The notes beneath the pieces were generated by a model that saw only the letters and a program-made list of their open reading frames with translations, searched no databases and had not been told where the DNA came from. A program made the translations under genes and the position numbers. DNA of 64,000 nucleotides from Anthoceros angustus (Eukaryota; Plantae; Anthocerotophyta): NCBI GenBank assembly GCA_010909165.1, contig VJWM01000103.1, forward strand, positions 930,001 to 994,000, given 5' to 3'. The number at the start of each line of letters is the position of its first letter. Positions within the stretch are counted from its first letter, which is position 1. Shown in pieces: positions 47,923-60,689 of the stretch.

Positions 47923-49526
47923 TGTGGGCTACGGACCTTGGGGTTAGGAAATAAGTGGGGTTTTGTTTTTTGTAGGTTGGAATAGTAAAATAAGGCGGAA
48001 AAGGAGGAATAAGCACGGATGGCGCTTGGACGGGACGAGGTAAACAACGGACCACTCCCGACTAAACAGCGGACCACTCCCGGAGTAAGCAACGGACCCG
48101 ATACCACTGGAACCCGACTACACTCCGGAGCAAGTCCCGGAGAAGCTCCATACCCTGCCTTGAGCACGGGGTGAGTCCGGACCCCTCACGGCCGTAGCAG
48201 GATAAGCGCCGAAAGCAACTTTGAATTAGTCAGGAGGATGATTGAGGCACCACGTCACCCTCGGCGGAGGGCCGGACTTCAGGCGGGTCCGAAGGAGGCG
48301 AGGGAAGGCCCGGGATAGTGCGGCCACAGGGGACCTTGGGGCGTTGTTCGGCAGCGGTGGCGGTGAGGGAGCGGCCCGGAGGCGGAGCGAGGGGCGGCGA
48401 ATGTGAGTGGCACCACACCTCACCATGGAAGAAGGGGCCAGCGAGTCGGAGGCGATCGGGAGCGGAAGGACTCCAGGGAGAGCCACGGAGGAGTCCCGTG
48501 AGGAAGAAACCGGGCGCGAGTTCGGACCACGAGGTCCGGACTCACGAAGGAAGACCGGACCACGAGGTCCGGACCTCGAGAAGGAGGCGGACCACGAGGT
48601 CCGGACCCGAGACAAGGTCGGACCTAGCCGGACTCGGGAAATAAGCCGGACTCACGAGTTCGGGAGTCGAGGCAGACCTCGAGGTCGCTGCGGCGATGAG
48701 GAGCCCCGACTTCGCTAGAGGCGATAGCCGGTGGCCCCGGCGGACCGAGGCCGAGGAGGATGGCGTCGTAATAGCGGTTGTCGAACGCCGTGTAGCCAAC
48801 GGAGAGAGGAGGCCCGCCTCACGGATCATCCGATTGGGCGCCACAAGCTGTGAGATTGGACCACCCATCCGTGGAACCCGATCTTCAGCCCACGTGAAGG
48901 AGATAGGGAGGAAATAGGATGGTAGGCGGCCGATTAGGGCATCTTGGTAGCCATCTCGAATAGGTGTAATAAAGCGCCGACCTTGGGCGTAGTATAAGAG
49001 GAGGCCGCTCTAGTAAAGTATCTTTCTCTTGGTGTTGATGCGCACGGACCTTTGTGGCGTCTTCTTGCTGAGTCACGAGTCAGAGCCGACTCGGGAGGAT
49101 CAAGGTCCGTGGACTTAAGCGTGTGGTGGTGTGTGCGGGGAAGGTGGGCGGACCCTTGTTCGTCGAGCGGTCAGCGTCGGCAGGCCCGGGCGTGGCCGGA
49201 GGTACCGGGAGGTGTAGCGAGCCGGACGGGAGGCCGGAGCAGCGAGGAGGTCGGGTAGCCAGCGTCTTTTCAAGGTTGATAAGCGTGAGAGGAAGCGATG
49301 GGAGGGGATGAAAAGCAGTGGCGAACGGCGGACGCAACGGGTCCTTAAGCGTTTGGCCACACGGGCTGTCGGTGAAGCGTTATAAATAGTTTATGTTGTG
49401 TGAGTGTTAAGGTGAAGTGGACTAGAAAGGTGAGAATCGGTGAAGCAGCCATCATTCTCTTGGGAGCGGACTCCATACCACAACGACACGGGATTGTGCG
49501 CGGCATCATCGCAAAGTCGCGCCACA
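47923..49526 (+). mobile_element. Ty3/gypsy (Athila-like) 5' LTR, ~1.6 kb, TG...CA
   Basis: Starts TGTGGGCTACGG, the same point that follows the PPT at 59254 and 60702. Ends GTCGCGCCACA, the same point that precedes the PBS at 62353. TATAAATA at ~49381. Confidence 0.88.
48523..48606. repeat. ~33-bp tandem repeat x3 in the LTR with core CGGACCACGAGGTCCGGAC
   Basis: Directly visible; recurs in the other LTR copies. Confidence 0.85.
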
Positions 49527-51564
49527 TTTTGGTATCAACATTTCACAAAGGAAGGTGGTTATACTACAAGAAGCAAGAGATGTTAGAGGAGACAACACTT
49601 GCAAGTGCTGAAGGTATTCCGATTAGTTCATCATATTGCCTCACGAACATGTATGCCTTGATTCACTAGCTCGCTTTGGAAAATGGTATGTCATAGACCA
49701 TGCTTTTCACCATGGAAGAAGGGGCCAGCAGTCGCTTGGGGCGATCGGGAGCGGAAGGACTGAGGAGAGCCACGGAGGAGTCCCGTGAGGAAGAAACCGG
49801 GCGCGAGTTCGGACCGAGGTCCGGACTCGAAGCCGGACCACGAGGTCCGGACCTCGAAGGCCGGACCACGAGGTCCGGACCCGAGACAAGGTCGGACCTA
49901 GCCGGACTCGGGAAATAAGCCGGACTCACGAGTTCGGGAGTCGAGGCGGGACCTCGAGGTCGGCTGCAGCGAGGAGCCCCCGACTTACGCTAGGGAAAGA
50001 ATGGCCGGTGGCCCCGGCGGACCGAGGGGAGGCAGGAGGATGGCGTCGTGTGTGGCGGTTGTCGCCGCCATATAACGGCAGGATTCGGGAGAGAGGAGGG
50101 CCCGCCTCACGGATCATCCGATTGGGCGCCTGGCTGTCGGGGCGGAGATTGGACCACCCATCCGGGGCGAGACCTTCCAGCCCACCCGTGGCGAAGGAGA
50201 TAGGAGGAAATAGGATGGTAGGCGGTGATTAGGTATCGGCAGCCATCAGCTGAATAGTGTAATAAAGCGCCGACCTTGGGCGTAGTATAAGAGGGGGCCG
50301 CTCTAGTAAAGTATCTTTCTCTTGGTGTCTGGAAGATGGCCTTTGTTAGATCTCGGAAAGTTCTCGGACAAATGGAGCATGATACCTTGCTAGAGACAAC
50401 AAACTGGCTCTAAAGGTCTCCTTAGGACTGGTGGCGGCTCCACGGTCACTAGTTGGAAGGTGGACACGGTCTAAGGTTCACAAAAGCCACCCAAAACCAT
50501 GTTTTCTGATTTCATTAAAAAAAACCCAAACTAGGAGCAAATCATAGAGGATCTTTTCCGTATTTGTATGTCGCATCTCATATTAGTTTGGCTAACCTAC
50601 ATTGCCTATATGTATTTGAAAATCGTGGCAATTTTGTATGGACAACCAAAAAACAAGCGCAATGGAAAGTCCACATGTGTTGCGTCGGTGTCACACCGTC
50701 ATGGTCGCCGCTCTGCATTAGTGGGGAGGGTCGTGGTGGCACGGGGCGTTACGTGCATAAACCTTGCATCTGCCAATGGTAGGAGTGGAGGAAGATTTCG
50801 GACGCCTACCGCTCATGTCTCAGCACTGCGCGACCCCGTCTGCGAATCGTTTGGAAGTGGCTTGCCTCGAATATTTGCGCGATGGAGACCCCACCTCTCG
50901 GCGACCGACTCTGAAGAGAATTCCACATGGCGATGGAAATTGGAAGTTGACCGCGGTGGTGGCAATCACAACATGGGCGGGTTCCTTTCAAGCCTGGAGT
51001 GATCCGCGCTTCATTGCTTGGTCCTTAAGGAATTTGGTTGAGGCTGGCGGTGCAAACTCGCGACACTTGCAGCGTGTTGATCAACACAGGATTCCACTCG
51101 GGGTTGGAGCGGTGTGAATGGTGTGGAGGGCAAAGGAGCACGACATGTCCAGTGTACTTGGTGGTCAAGGATAAAATTGGAGAAAGTCATGCTACATGTG
51201 TGCAGGCGGTGTTAGTGCGGCTATCTGAAAGCATTGATCATGTTTGTATTGTGACACATTGTCATATCATGAGTGTTTTACGTGAAATGATTAACATTAT
51301 CATCATTGATCTCTGTGAAATCCTTACCTTGCCTTTATGTGCGACACGCCCATGTTCTCGCTCATCAATACCGGCGTCAATCTTCTGCGAACACATTCTC
51401 GAATCGTCACCACTCCCATGCTTCCTAGCTTTCTGCTCCACCGGCCGTGTTCGTTGTCTAGTGCCTCCGGGGACCTTGCTTGATGTGTTTGTTGTGTTCA
51501 TAGCCGCATGCACGTTCTACCAAAGTGCGATACCACCGTCGGTGCTTAAGACCACACCGGTTCC

Positions 51565-53050
51565 TCAAACTTTGCGGCGCCATGGCAACTCGACCAAACA
51601 AGCGTACTCCCTCTTTGGAGGAAGAAGGAGAGCCGAAACCTTGTGGAGGATTTCGTCAGCCAACTTCAATGGGAGGATCGGATGCAGCTCATCCAATTTT
51701 CAAGGGGTCCTTCGAACGGCGGCTCGGTGGTAGAAAGTATCGCCACCCTGCTCCCACGCCTCTTGAAGCTTTGAAGGATGCCTTCTTGAAGCGATTCCGG
51801 AATTGACCAAGAGCTACGTATGTCCAAACTCGAGAATCAGGCGAGGCAAGACGGAGAAGTTGGGATCGTACATCGAGCGGTTCTGCGCCGAGATCGACAC
51901 CCACCCACACCACCATGCAAAGTGATGCGTTGGTTCGCGGGCTTACCTAAGCCAATGGCTAAACACGTCCGTTGGCGAAAGATGTGAGCAAGGCGGTCCG
52001 GGCGGCGGAGAATTACGAAGAATCGATGCACCAGCGATCGAGGGCGCCTCTAGGAGGAAGAAGAAGAAGAAGAAAGCGGGGTCGGACTCAAGATGAAGAG
52101 TCCTCGGAAGAGGAGGATGATGAGGCGAGGTGGCATCGGAGGAGGAAGAGGACTCGAGGAAGAATCAGGATGCCATGGAAGAAGAAGAACCTCGTCAAGA
52201 AATAAAAGAGTGAGTGCGGAGGGTGGAAAAGAAGGAGGTTATGATACCGTGCGAGAGGTTCCATGACCCAACCCGTTGAAAGAAGTAGCGGGTGAGGAAG
52301 ATTTGGAACGGGTGATGAAGAGGGTGGAGGAGTTGACGATCAACCAAGTGAAGGACAAAAGGCGGGAAGGCGGCCACCACGCAGTTCGAACCCATCGTGG
52401 TGTGCGGTATGCCAGGCACTGGGCACTCAATCTATGCAGTGAATGGGAGGATGCTTACAGTGCAAGAAGCACCCCGGGCGATGCAAACGATGTATCCACG
52501 GAGGTCCATCCATACACCCTCCGATGCAACCCGAATGGGAGGACCACCGGAATCCCGGGTGATGGTCTTGGGCTGGGAACCGGGCTACTCAACGCCGCCC
52601 ATATCCCACGCAAGGTAATGGAGATTTTGAGCAGTTGTGTGGGATTATGCGGCCGGGCACATGGCGGCGTGTCCGAATCCTCGTTCAAGAACAGTGCGCT
52701 CGCCACTCGGCAGGAGCCGACCCACGCCTCCCTTCCTAAGGCTGCGCCATGCTACAAATTGAGGATGCACAGGTGGCGGAGTGGGAAGAGGCGCCGAAGG
52801 GACTTGGAACGGAGTGGTACGGCGAGGAGGAGAAGGCGGATGGAGGTCTTGGAAGTGTCAACCGGCCGGAAGGAGCGAAAGGAGAGGAGGAGGAAGAGGA
52901 GGAGGAGGAGAAGGCGGATACGGAGGGCGGGACACAGCAAAGGAGGCAACTCCAGCTAAGGAAGGAGAGTTAAATCAGACTGCTCTGCGGAGGCCGCCGG
53001 TCAAGCCTCCGGAACGTTGGGAGCGGACCCACCCAAAGCAACACCTCGGT
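51565..53050 (+). mobile_element. Gypsy gag region, frameshifted (second copy at 62550-63750)
   Basis: ALKDAFLKRF gag motif, acidic/basic tracts, and a CGMPGH-type zinc knuckle near 52400. Confidence 0.75.
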
Positions 53051-53269
53051 TTCCACCGGATGTGGTCGATTTCAAGGCACGTTGCGACTCCTCCATCGCT
53101 TCCAAGCTCGGCCTTGAATATGTGCTCCTTGAAGTTCTCGGTAGGGCACCCCACTCAAGGCAAGTGTTGGCACTGCGACATGAAAGACACATCCCCACCT
53201 CAAATGCAAGCGGACGTTCTCTAATGATATGCGGTGTGAATGCCTCCACTTCCATGACTTATAAGGACA

Positions 53270-56200
53270 AGAATGTGGAGGTAAGGGTAGTGTCTCATAC
53301 GGACCCCAGTGGTTCGTAGAAATTATGGGGTGTGTGATCAAGAACGCCTGGATACGGTCGGAGTGAACCTCATCACGAAGCCACCGCAAGAGGCAGTTGG
53401 GGTTCACGCTTTGAGCCATCCACCAAAACCCTTGATGGCGGATATGTCACGGAGCGCCTGGGAGTTGTCCGAGTCAAGCCACCATAGCGGAGCCCCTATA
53501 CATTGGACTTGTGGTCATCAAACCGCGGACCTAGGTATGGCTTTGGGACGTCCGTGGCTCGGGCTTGCTCGACAAAGTTACACTTTGGAAGGAAGGAAAT
53601 CCACTTCAAACCCGTGGATTGGGATCCAAGGTCGAGAGGGAAGGGTGGCTCTCACTTGGAGTAAGGATACATCTTGTGGGGAAAGCTGAGCACCACGGAG
53701 GGTACACCTCGGATAGTACGGATGATGAAAGGGAAGACACAGGACGCCTACCCTTTCCCCAAAATCACATGGTCGAGGAGGAGATGGATTACCGGAGGAT
53801 GCCTTTGGAGCGGAGGTGGAGAGGTCGCCGATTGCTTGGGTGGGCGCAGAACAAGAGACGGGGCGGCGGTGAAGAAGAGGGTCCAAAGATGAAGAGGTGG
53901 GACCGAAGTAACCCGCTCACCTCGGACGAACTCTTGAGAATGGGGATGCGAGAGGGCGATCCCGAGTGGAGGCGAGGGGTTTGGGGCCGAGGCGACGAGG
54001 CAGGAGAGTGAACCCGGACGGCGTGGAAGAAGTGGAGGTCGGCCAGCAAATTCACAGTTTAAAAAGGCATGCCTCCGGACTGAAGGAAGGACTAAAGCAA
54101 CTTTGGGGAGTTTTGCGGTGTTCGCCTTCAAGGTCACGGACATGAAGGGCATTAGAAGTGGGAGAGCATAAGATCGATTTGAAGCCGGGAGGCGGTGATA
54201 GTGACCTTAGGTCCATGCTTGGCATCCCACTTAGGAACCCCGCCGGCATATATCTCCAACTTCCAGTCTAAGTCACACCACCCATCACTAGCGGCCTTCA
54301 TCTCGATTCGATGTACCTCACACGGTCGATGAAAGTAAAAGTCTTCCGGCATCCGCAATGGTGTTGTGATCGGTGGCAACTAACCTCATCTCGAAGCCAC
54401 CGCAAGAGGCAGTTGGGGTTCACGCTTTGAGCCATCCACCAAAACCCTTGATGGCGGATATGTCACGGAGCGCCTGGGAGTTGTCCGAGTCAAGCCACCA
54501 TAGCGGAGCCCCTATACATTGGACTTGTGGTCATCAAACCGCGGACCTAGGTATGGCTTTGGGACGTCCGTGGCTCGGGCTTGCTCGACAAAGTTACACT
54601 TTGGAAGGAAGGAAATCCACTTCAAACCCGTGGATTGGGATCCAAGGTCGAGAGGGAAGGGTGGCTCTCACTTGGAGTAAGGATACATCTTGTGGGGAAA
54701 GCTGAGCACCACGGAGGGTACACCTCGGATAGTACGGATGATGAAAGGGAAGACACAGGACGCCTACCCTTTCCCCAAAATCACATGGTCAGAGGAGGAG
54801 ATGGATTACCGGAGGGATGCCTTTGGGCGGAGGTGGAGAGGTCGCCGATTGCTTGGGTGGGCGCAGAACAAGAGACGGGGCGGCGGTGAAGAAGAGGGTC
54901 CAAAGATGAAGAGGTGGACCGAAGTAACCCGCTCACCTCGGAGCTCTTGAGAATGGGGATGCGAGAGGGCGATCCCGAGTGGAGGCGAGGGGTTTGGGGC
55001 CGAGGCGACGAGGCAGGAGAGTGAACCCGGACGGCGTGGAAGAAGTGGAGGTCGGCCAGCAAATTCACAGTTTAAAAAGGCATGCCTCCGGACTGAAGGA
55101 AGGACTAAAGCAACTTTGGGGAGTTTTGCGGTGTTCGCCTTCAAGGTCACGGACATGAAGGGCATTAGAAGTGGGAGAGCATAAGATCGATTTGAAGCCG
55201 GGAGGCGGTGCCGGTCAATCCACAAGCTCAACCCCAAGTATTCGATCAAGGTGAAGGAGGTCCTTGATAAGTACAGGAGGCGGACATCATTTTCCCCATA
55301 TCAGCAGAGTGGGTTGGATTGTGGTGGTCCCAAAAGCGGCCGGACAAATTCGGGTATGTCAAGATTGGAGGAAGCTCAACGCGGAGAAGGACCACTTCCT
55401 GCCATTCGTTTGCCGCACTTGTTGACCTTCCCACCCGCCGTCCTCCACGCGATTGCCCCTCTCAATCCCTTCCTCTTTTTCCTCGATTGTCTACCCAAGC
55501 GGGTCGGCTTGAACCCTTGAGTGCCATGGGCAGACCCAAAATCCCGGTCCGTTGCATCCACCTCGCCCCATCGTCATCTTCCACGTCTTCGTCGGGGCTG
55601 GATATGATCCACCGGCCTCTCGGGCCATCGGCATGCCATCGCCAAACCCCTCATTGTCCTGGTCCCCACCCGCATCCTCATCTTCGTCTTCGTCGGCTAG
55701 AGGTTAGGGTGACATCATCGCGTGCCATGGGCTAGGAAAAACCAGCGGCGGAGTGTGGGCGGACTGCTTGGACTCAAGCACCGGACGTCCGTGGCCGCAA
55801 CCCTCTTACCAGGGCTTTCATTTCGCAAACTAGTTCAAACGTGTCCCGGAATTATATTTTGTGCCACCACCTTTTGTTGGTTTCCGCGCAGATCATGCAT
55901 ATCGGTGGCGGTTGCGACACACTGTGATGGATGGATTTACTGATCCCATTAGCACTAGGAGTTGCCATTTGATTTCCACTCGGCGCAGATGCCATGCTAG
56001 GGGCCTTCTCGCAGCGATGCCCTTTCGATGTAAGCAATGCATCATCCGCACACCTTCTAAACATTGCTGGTGCAAAGCCTTGTGGAAGACACGATGTCCA
56101 TCACCGTGTCGCAATGCCTCCAAAAGTTCTTGCCTTTTCCGCTCTGGTTGGCGCCACAATGTCAAAGTTCTTCAGCAGAGTATACTCTAATCCATTGCGG

Positions 56201-56855
56201 GTCCGACGAAGAGGCTCCTTGTGCTTGAGCGGATCAGCAATATGACGTACACCGCTCATCCTTCATGGTAGCGTGACAAACACCTTGGACATCTAAGAAA
56301 GTGCTTGGGCGGAGACTCAATTGAGCCTACACCGGAGAAATGCTACTTTGGAATGACGGAGGGAATCTTGGGGCATCGGGTGTCGGCGGGGAATCGAGGT
56401 GGACCGGGACAAGGTCCGGGTCATCCGATCTCCACCGCCCGGCAGACCTAAAGGAGGGAGAGGTTTCACAGGAATGGTGGGATACCGCGGTTTATTAAGG
56501 ACTTTGCGAAGAGGCGGCTAAGTTGGAACTCTGCGGAAGGAGGAGGTTTGGACAGTCTCGGGAGAGAGGAGGCCTTGGGGTTCTGAACACCTTGGTAAGC
56601 GCACGGTTCTAAGAGGACGGGGGAGCAAGAAATTTCATGTGTGTAGATGTGTCCGCTTTTGCTATCGGAGTAGTCTTGAGCGGAAGGGCGACAAGCGGGA
56701 TTATCCGTATACTACGCGGGCACTCACCAGCGAAAATACACAACTCTGAGGCCGAAGCCTTGGGTATGGTATATCTTTGTCAAGAAATTCCGACACTACA
56801 CACTACCGGTGAGTTTGTGTTCTATGTAGACCACTTTGGAAGCATCGGTGAATAA
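53270..56855 (+). mobile_element. Gypsy pol fragments (protease, RT, RNase H) interleaved with re-copied MULE cargo
   Basis: GRPWL (protease, ~53545 and ~54560); IDLKPG...VKEVLDKY...VVPK (RT, 55080-55400); PEKCYFG, LGHRVS, FIKDFA and VDVSAFAIGVVL...EAEAL...FYVDH (56280-56855). Confidence 0.85.
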
Positions 56856-58664
56856 GGCGGACTGCTTGGACTCAAGCACCGGACGTCCGTGGCCGCAACC
56901 CTCTTACCAGGGCTTTCATTTCGCAAACTAGTTCAAACGTGTCCCGGAATTATATTTTGTGCCACCACCTTTTGTTGGTTTCCGCGCAGATCATGCATAT
57001 CGGTGGCGGTTGCGACACACTGTGATGGATGGATTTACTGATCCCATTAGCACTAGGAGTTGCCATTTGATTTCCACTCGGCGCAGATGCCATGCTAGGG
57101 GCCTTCTCGCAGCGATGCCCTTTCGATGTAAGCAATGCATCATCCGCACACCTTCTAAACATTGCTGGTGCAAAGCCTTGTGGAAGACACGATGTCCATC
57201 ACCGTGTCGCAATGCCTCCAAAAGTTCTTGCCTTTTCCGCTCTGGTTGGCGCCACAATGTCAAAGTTCTTCAGCAGAGTATACTCTAATCCATTGCGGGT
57301 CCGACGAAGAGGCTCCTTGTGCTTGAGCGGATCAGCAATATGACGTACACCGCTCATCCTTCATGGTAGCGTGAAAACAAGCTCCCGCACATTTCTTTTT
57401 GGTGGTGTGGTTCGCATCATCCTCCATCGACACATACAAGAAGAGCAAGTCTTGATTGGGTCGTTGTTGCCTCCAACTTCTCTTTGTAATGTCAAATGGC
57501 GAGATCATCTTGTACATCCGTGGATCAAGTCAATATCGGACCGCTTGTAAGGACTCGGAAAGATGCCTTGGTCGGAGGATGCTCTTGTGGAAAGACCCAG
57601 CTGGCGCTTGATTTGAGTTGTCCTTGGGTCTGGGCTCGTCGCCTCGTTCAAGGCCTGTGAGTCTGTACCCTTCCCTCGCGCCTTTTTTCTCCACCGGAGC
57701 GTCCTGCGATTTGTTGGAGTCATTCTTCCGCCCCCCGGAGCCATTCCGTATGCAACTATGAAAGAAGTGAGAACACAGAAGTGTTTAGATTGTTAAAAGC
57801 TGATACCTGCATGAGCTGCAACTTCTCGGAACAGGGCGATCTGTGTGCGGGAGTTGAAGTTGATGCTCACAGACTAGCCCAGCCTGCACCCTCGAGACAA
57901 CACAATTGCCGCAGCGATGAGGAGGTCGGCGGTGTCGATATCTGCTGCCGGCCCGATGGACAAAGTGCGGGTGAGTGTGAGAACGACCCGTTTTCTCGGT
58001 CTTGGCAATCTCTTGCTTTTCCGCCCACACATAAGCTAGATGGAAATACACATCTTCCCAAAGCGAGAATGAATCTATACCATCCGAGAAGGGAAGGTGG
58101 GGTCATTTGTGCCTTCATGAAGGAAGACACAGGGCAAGGCGAGCTCGTAATCAAGCAACTCCTTAAATGCTTTGTCGCGGCCGTGTTTTGCCATTGTCCC
58201 GGCTAATGTGGCAAATGCAAATATTGAGCATATTCTAAGGTATATGCTAGTTATGCCACAGCTAAAATAGTGTTCATGGCATAACGATGGGCACCTAGAG
58301 TGATTCGGCCACCGACTAGCAGTACCGCTAGCGTTTCCTACCGGCGCAAAGTGGGGCATGTGGGCTACGGACTTCCTTGGGGTTAGGAATAAGTGGGGTT
58401 TTGTTTTTTGTAGGTTGGAATAGTAAAATAAGGCGGAAAAGGAGGAATAAGCACGGATGGCGCTCGGACGGGACTTGAGTAAGCTGACCACTCCGGACTA
58501 AACTGACCACTCCGGAGTAAGCAAGCGGACCCGATACCACTGGAAACTCCGGACTACACTCCGAGCAAGTCCCGGAGAAGCTCGGATACCCTTCGAGTCG
58601 CTGGAGTAAGTCCGGACCCCACTCCCGACAGATAAGCACGGGAAAGCAACTTTGAATTGAGTCG

Positions 58665-59230
58665 GGAGACGGACTATTTTGGCATCACACATCGCAAGAC
58701 AGCGCCCTACAACCCGAAGGCTAATGGGTTGACGGAGAAGACCAATGGACTCATCTGCCGTATCCTGAATAAACTTACGGTTAACTATGCACACGATCGA
58801 TACCAAGTTGCCGCCGCTTCTGGGCAGAGCGAGAAGGTAACCACGCGAACTCCTCTAACCTATGGGCATTCGCCCGTTATGCCGGTGGAGTTTGCGGTAC
58901 CAACGCTGGATTATGATGGAGAGCCGGTTAGCGGATGAGAGCCAAGCGAGCGCTTGGGGTTTGTCCAACACACGGAGGGTCGGGAAGAGGCGGATGCAAC
59001 ATGCAGAATCAACGCAGGTGTGGCATGGCAGCGCCGAATCGGGAGTATGTGAAGGCGGGAGATTTGGCCCTCCTTTATGACATATGCACTTTCGGGCAAA
59101 CTTCACTTGAGGTGGATGGGTCCTTACCAGTGGTGCAGTGTGCAAATGGGTCCGTCAACTCGGCGGTTGGATGGGGCTGCCAACCCGGGTGAGCGGGTGG
59201 CGTGTAAAGAAATACCATGCCTAGTGTTGG
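58665..59230 (+). mobile_element. Gypsy integrase C-terminal half with GPY/F module, no chromodomain
   Basis: FGITHRKTAPYNPKANGLTEKTN...LTYG...PVEFAVPT; GDLALLY; the WMGPY...ANGSV module is also seen at 60550-60660. Confidence 0.88.
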
Positions 59231-59242
59231 CGAGGCGTAGAT

Positions 59243-60545
59243 GAGAGGGAGTATGTGGGCTACGGACTTCCAGGGAAATAAGTGGGGTTTTGTTTTTGTA
59301 GGTTGGAATAGTAAAATAAGGCGGAAAGGAGGAATAAGCACGGATGGCGCTCGGACGGGACTTGAGGAAGTAAGCGGACCACTCCGGACTAAACCGGACC
59401 ACTCCGGAGTAAGCGGACCCGATACTATGGAAACTCCGGACTACACTCCGAGCAAGTCAGAAGCTCCGGATACCCTTGAGTACGCTGGTAAGTCCGACCC
59501 CTCGGGTCGAGCAGGATAAGTACGCCGGGAAAGCAACTTTGAATTGAGTCGAGGGCGGACTGGGAGGCACGTCACCCTCGGCGGGAGGCGGACTTCCAGA
59601 CGGGTCCAAGGAGGCGAGGAAGAAGGCCCGGGGATAGTGCGGCCACAGGGACCTTGGGCGTTGGGCAGCCAGGGTAGCAGTGAGAGGAGGCGGCGGAGGA
59701 GGCGGAGGAGCGAATGTGGCGGAGGTAAGCACCACCTCACCATGGAAGAAGGGGGCCACGAGGGTCGCTTGGGCGATCGGGAGCAGTGGAAGGACTCAGG
59801 AGAGCCACGGAGGAGTCCGTGAGGAAGAAACCGGCGCGAGTTCGGACCACGAGGTCCGGACTCTGAAGGAAGACGGACCACAGGTCCGGACCTCGGAGGA
59901 AGGCCGGACCACGAGGTCCGGACCCCGACAAGGTCGGACCTAGCCGGCGGACTCGGGAGGCGGACTCACGAGTTCGAGTCGAGGCAGACCTCGAGGTCGG
60001 CTGCGGCGATGAGGAGGAGCCCCTTGACTTACGCTAGGAAGCGGATGGCCGGTGGCCCCACCGAGGACCCGAGGCCGAGGAGGATGACGTCGTGGTAACG
60101 GCGGTTGTCGAACCGCCGGTATAACGAGATTCGGGAGAGGAGGGCCCGCCTCACGGATCATCCGATTGGCGCCCTGGCTCGGGACGGAGATTGGACCACC
60201 CATCCGTGCCCAGACCTTCCAGCCACACGGCGAAGGAGATAGGGAGGAAATAGGATGGTAGGCGGCGATTAGGGCATGTAGCCATCGGAATAGAGTGTAA
60301 TAAAGGCGCCGACCTTGGGCGTAGTATAAGAGGTGAGGCCGCTCTAGTAAAAATATCTTTCTCTTGGTGTTGATGCAGCGTTCTTGCGGACCCTTGGGCG
60401 TCTTCTTGCTAGCAGTCTGAGTCCGGCGAGCCACGGCACTCGGGAGGCGATCAAGGTCACGGTGACGGACTTAGCGTGTGGTGGTGTGTGCGGGGAAGGT
60501 GGGACCCTTGTTCGTCAGGCGGCGGTCGTCGGGCCGGGCAAGCGG
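59243..60545 (+). mobile_element. Polypurine tract plus 3' LTR (incomplete copy)
   Basis: GAGAGGGAG at 59243-59251, then the LTR start at 59254. Confidence 0.8.
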
Positions 60546-60689
60546 AGGTACTTGAGGTGGATGGGTCCTTACCAGTGGTGCAGTGTGCAAATGGGTCCGT
60601 TCAACTCGGCCTGATGGATGGATTGCCAACCCGGGTGAGCGGGTGGCGGGTGAAAATACCATGCCTAGTGTTGGCGGAGGCATGCAGAT

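Noticed and set aside
48523-48606. Palindromic 19-bp repeats with short intervening sequences resembling a CRISPR array
   Set aside because: Intervening sequences are only ~14 bp and similar to each other, the array lies inside an LTR, and there are no cas genes.
48226-49669. ORFs inside LTR copies (also 59441-62160)
   Set aside because: GC-rich LTR sequence; frames differ between copies.
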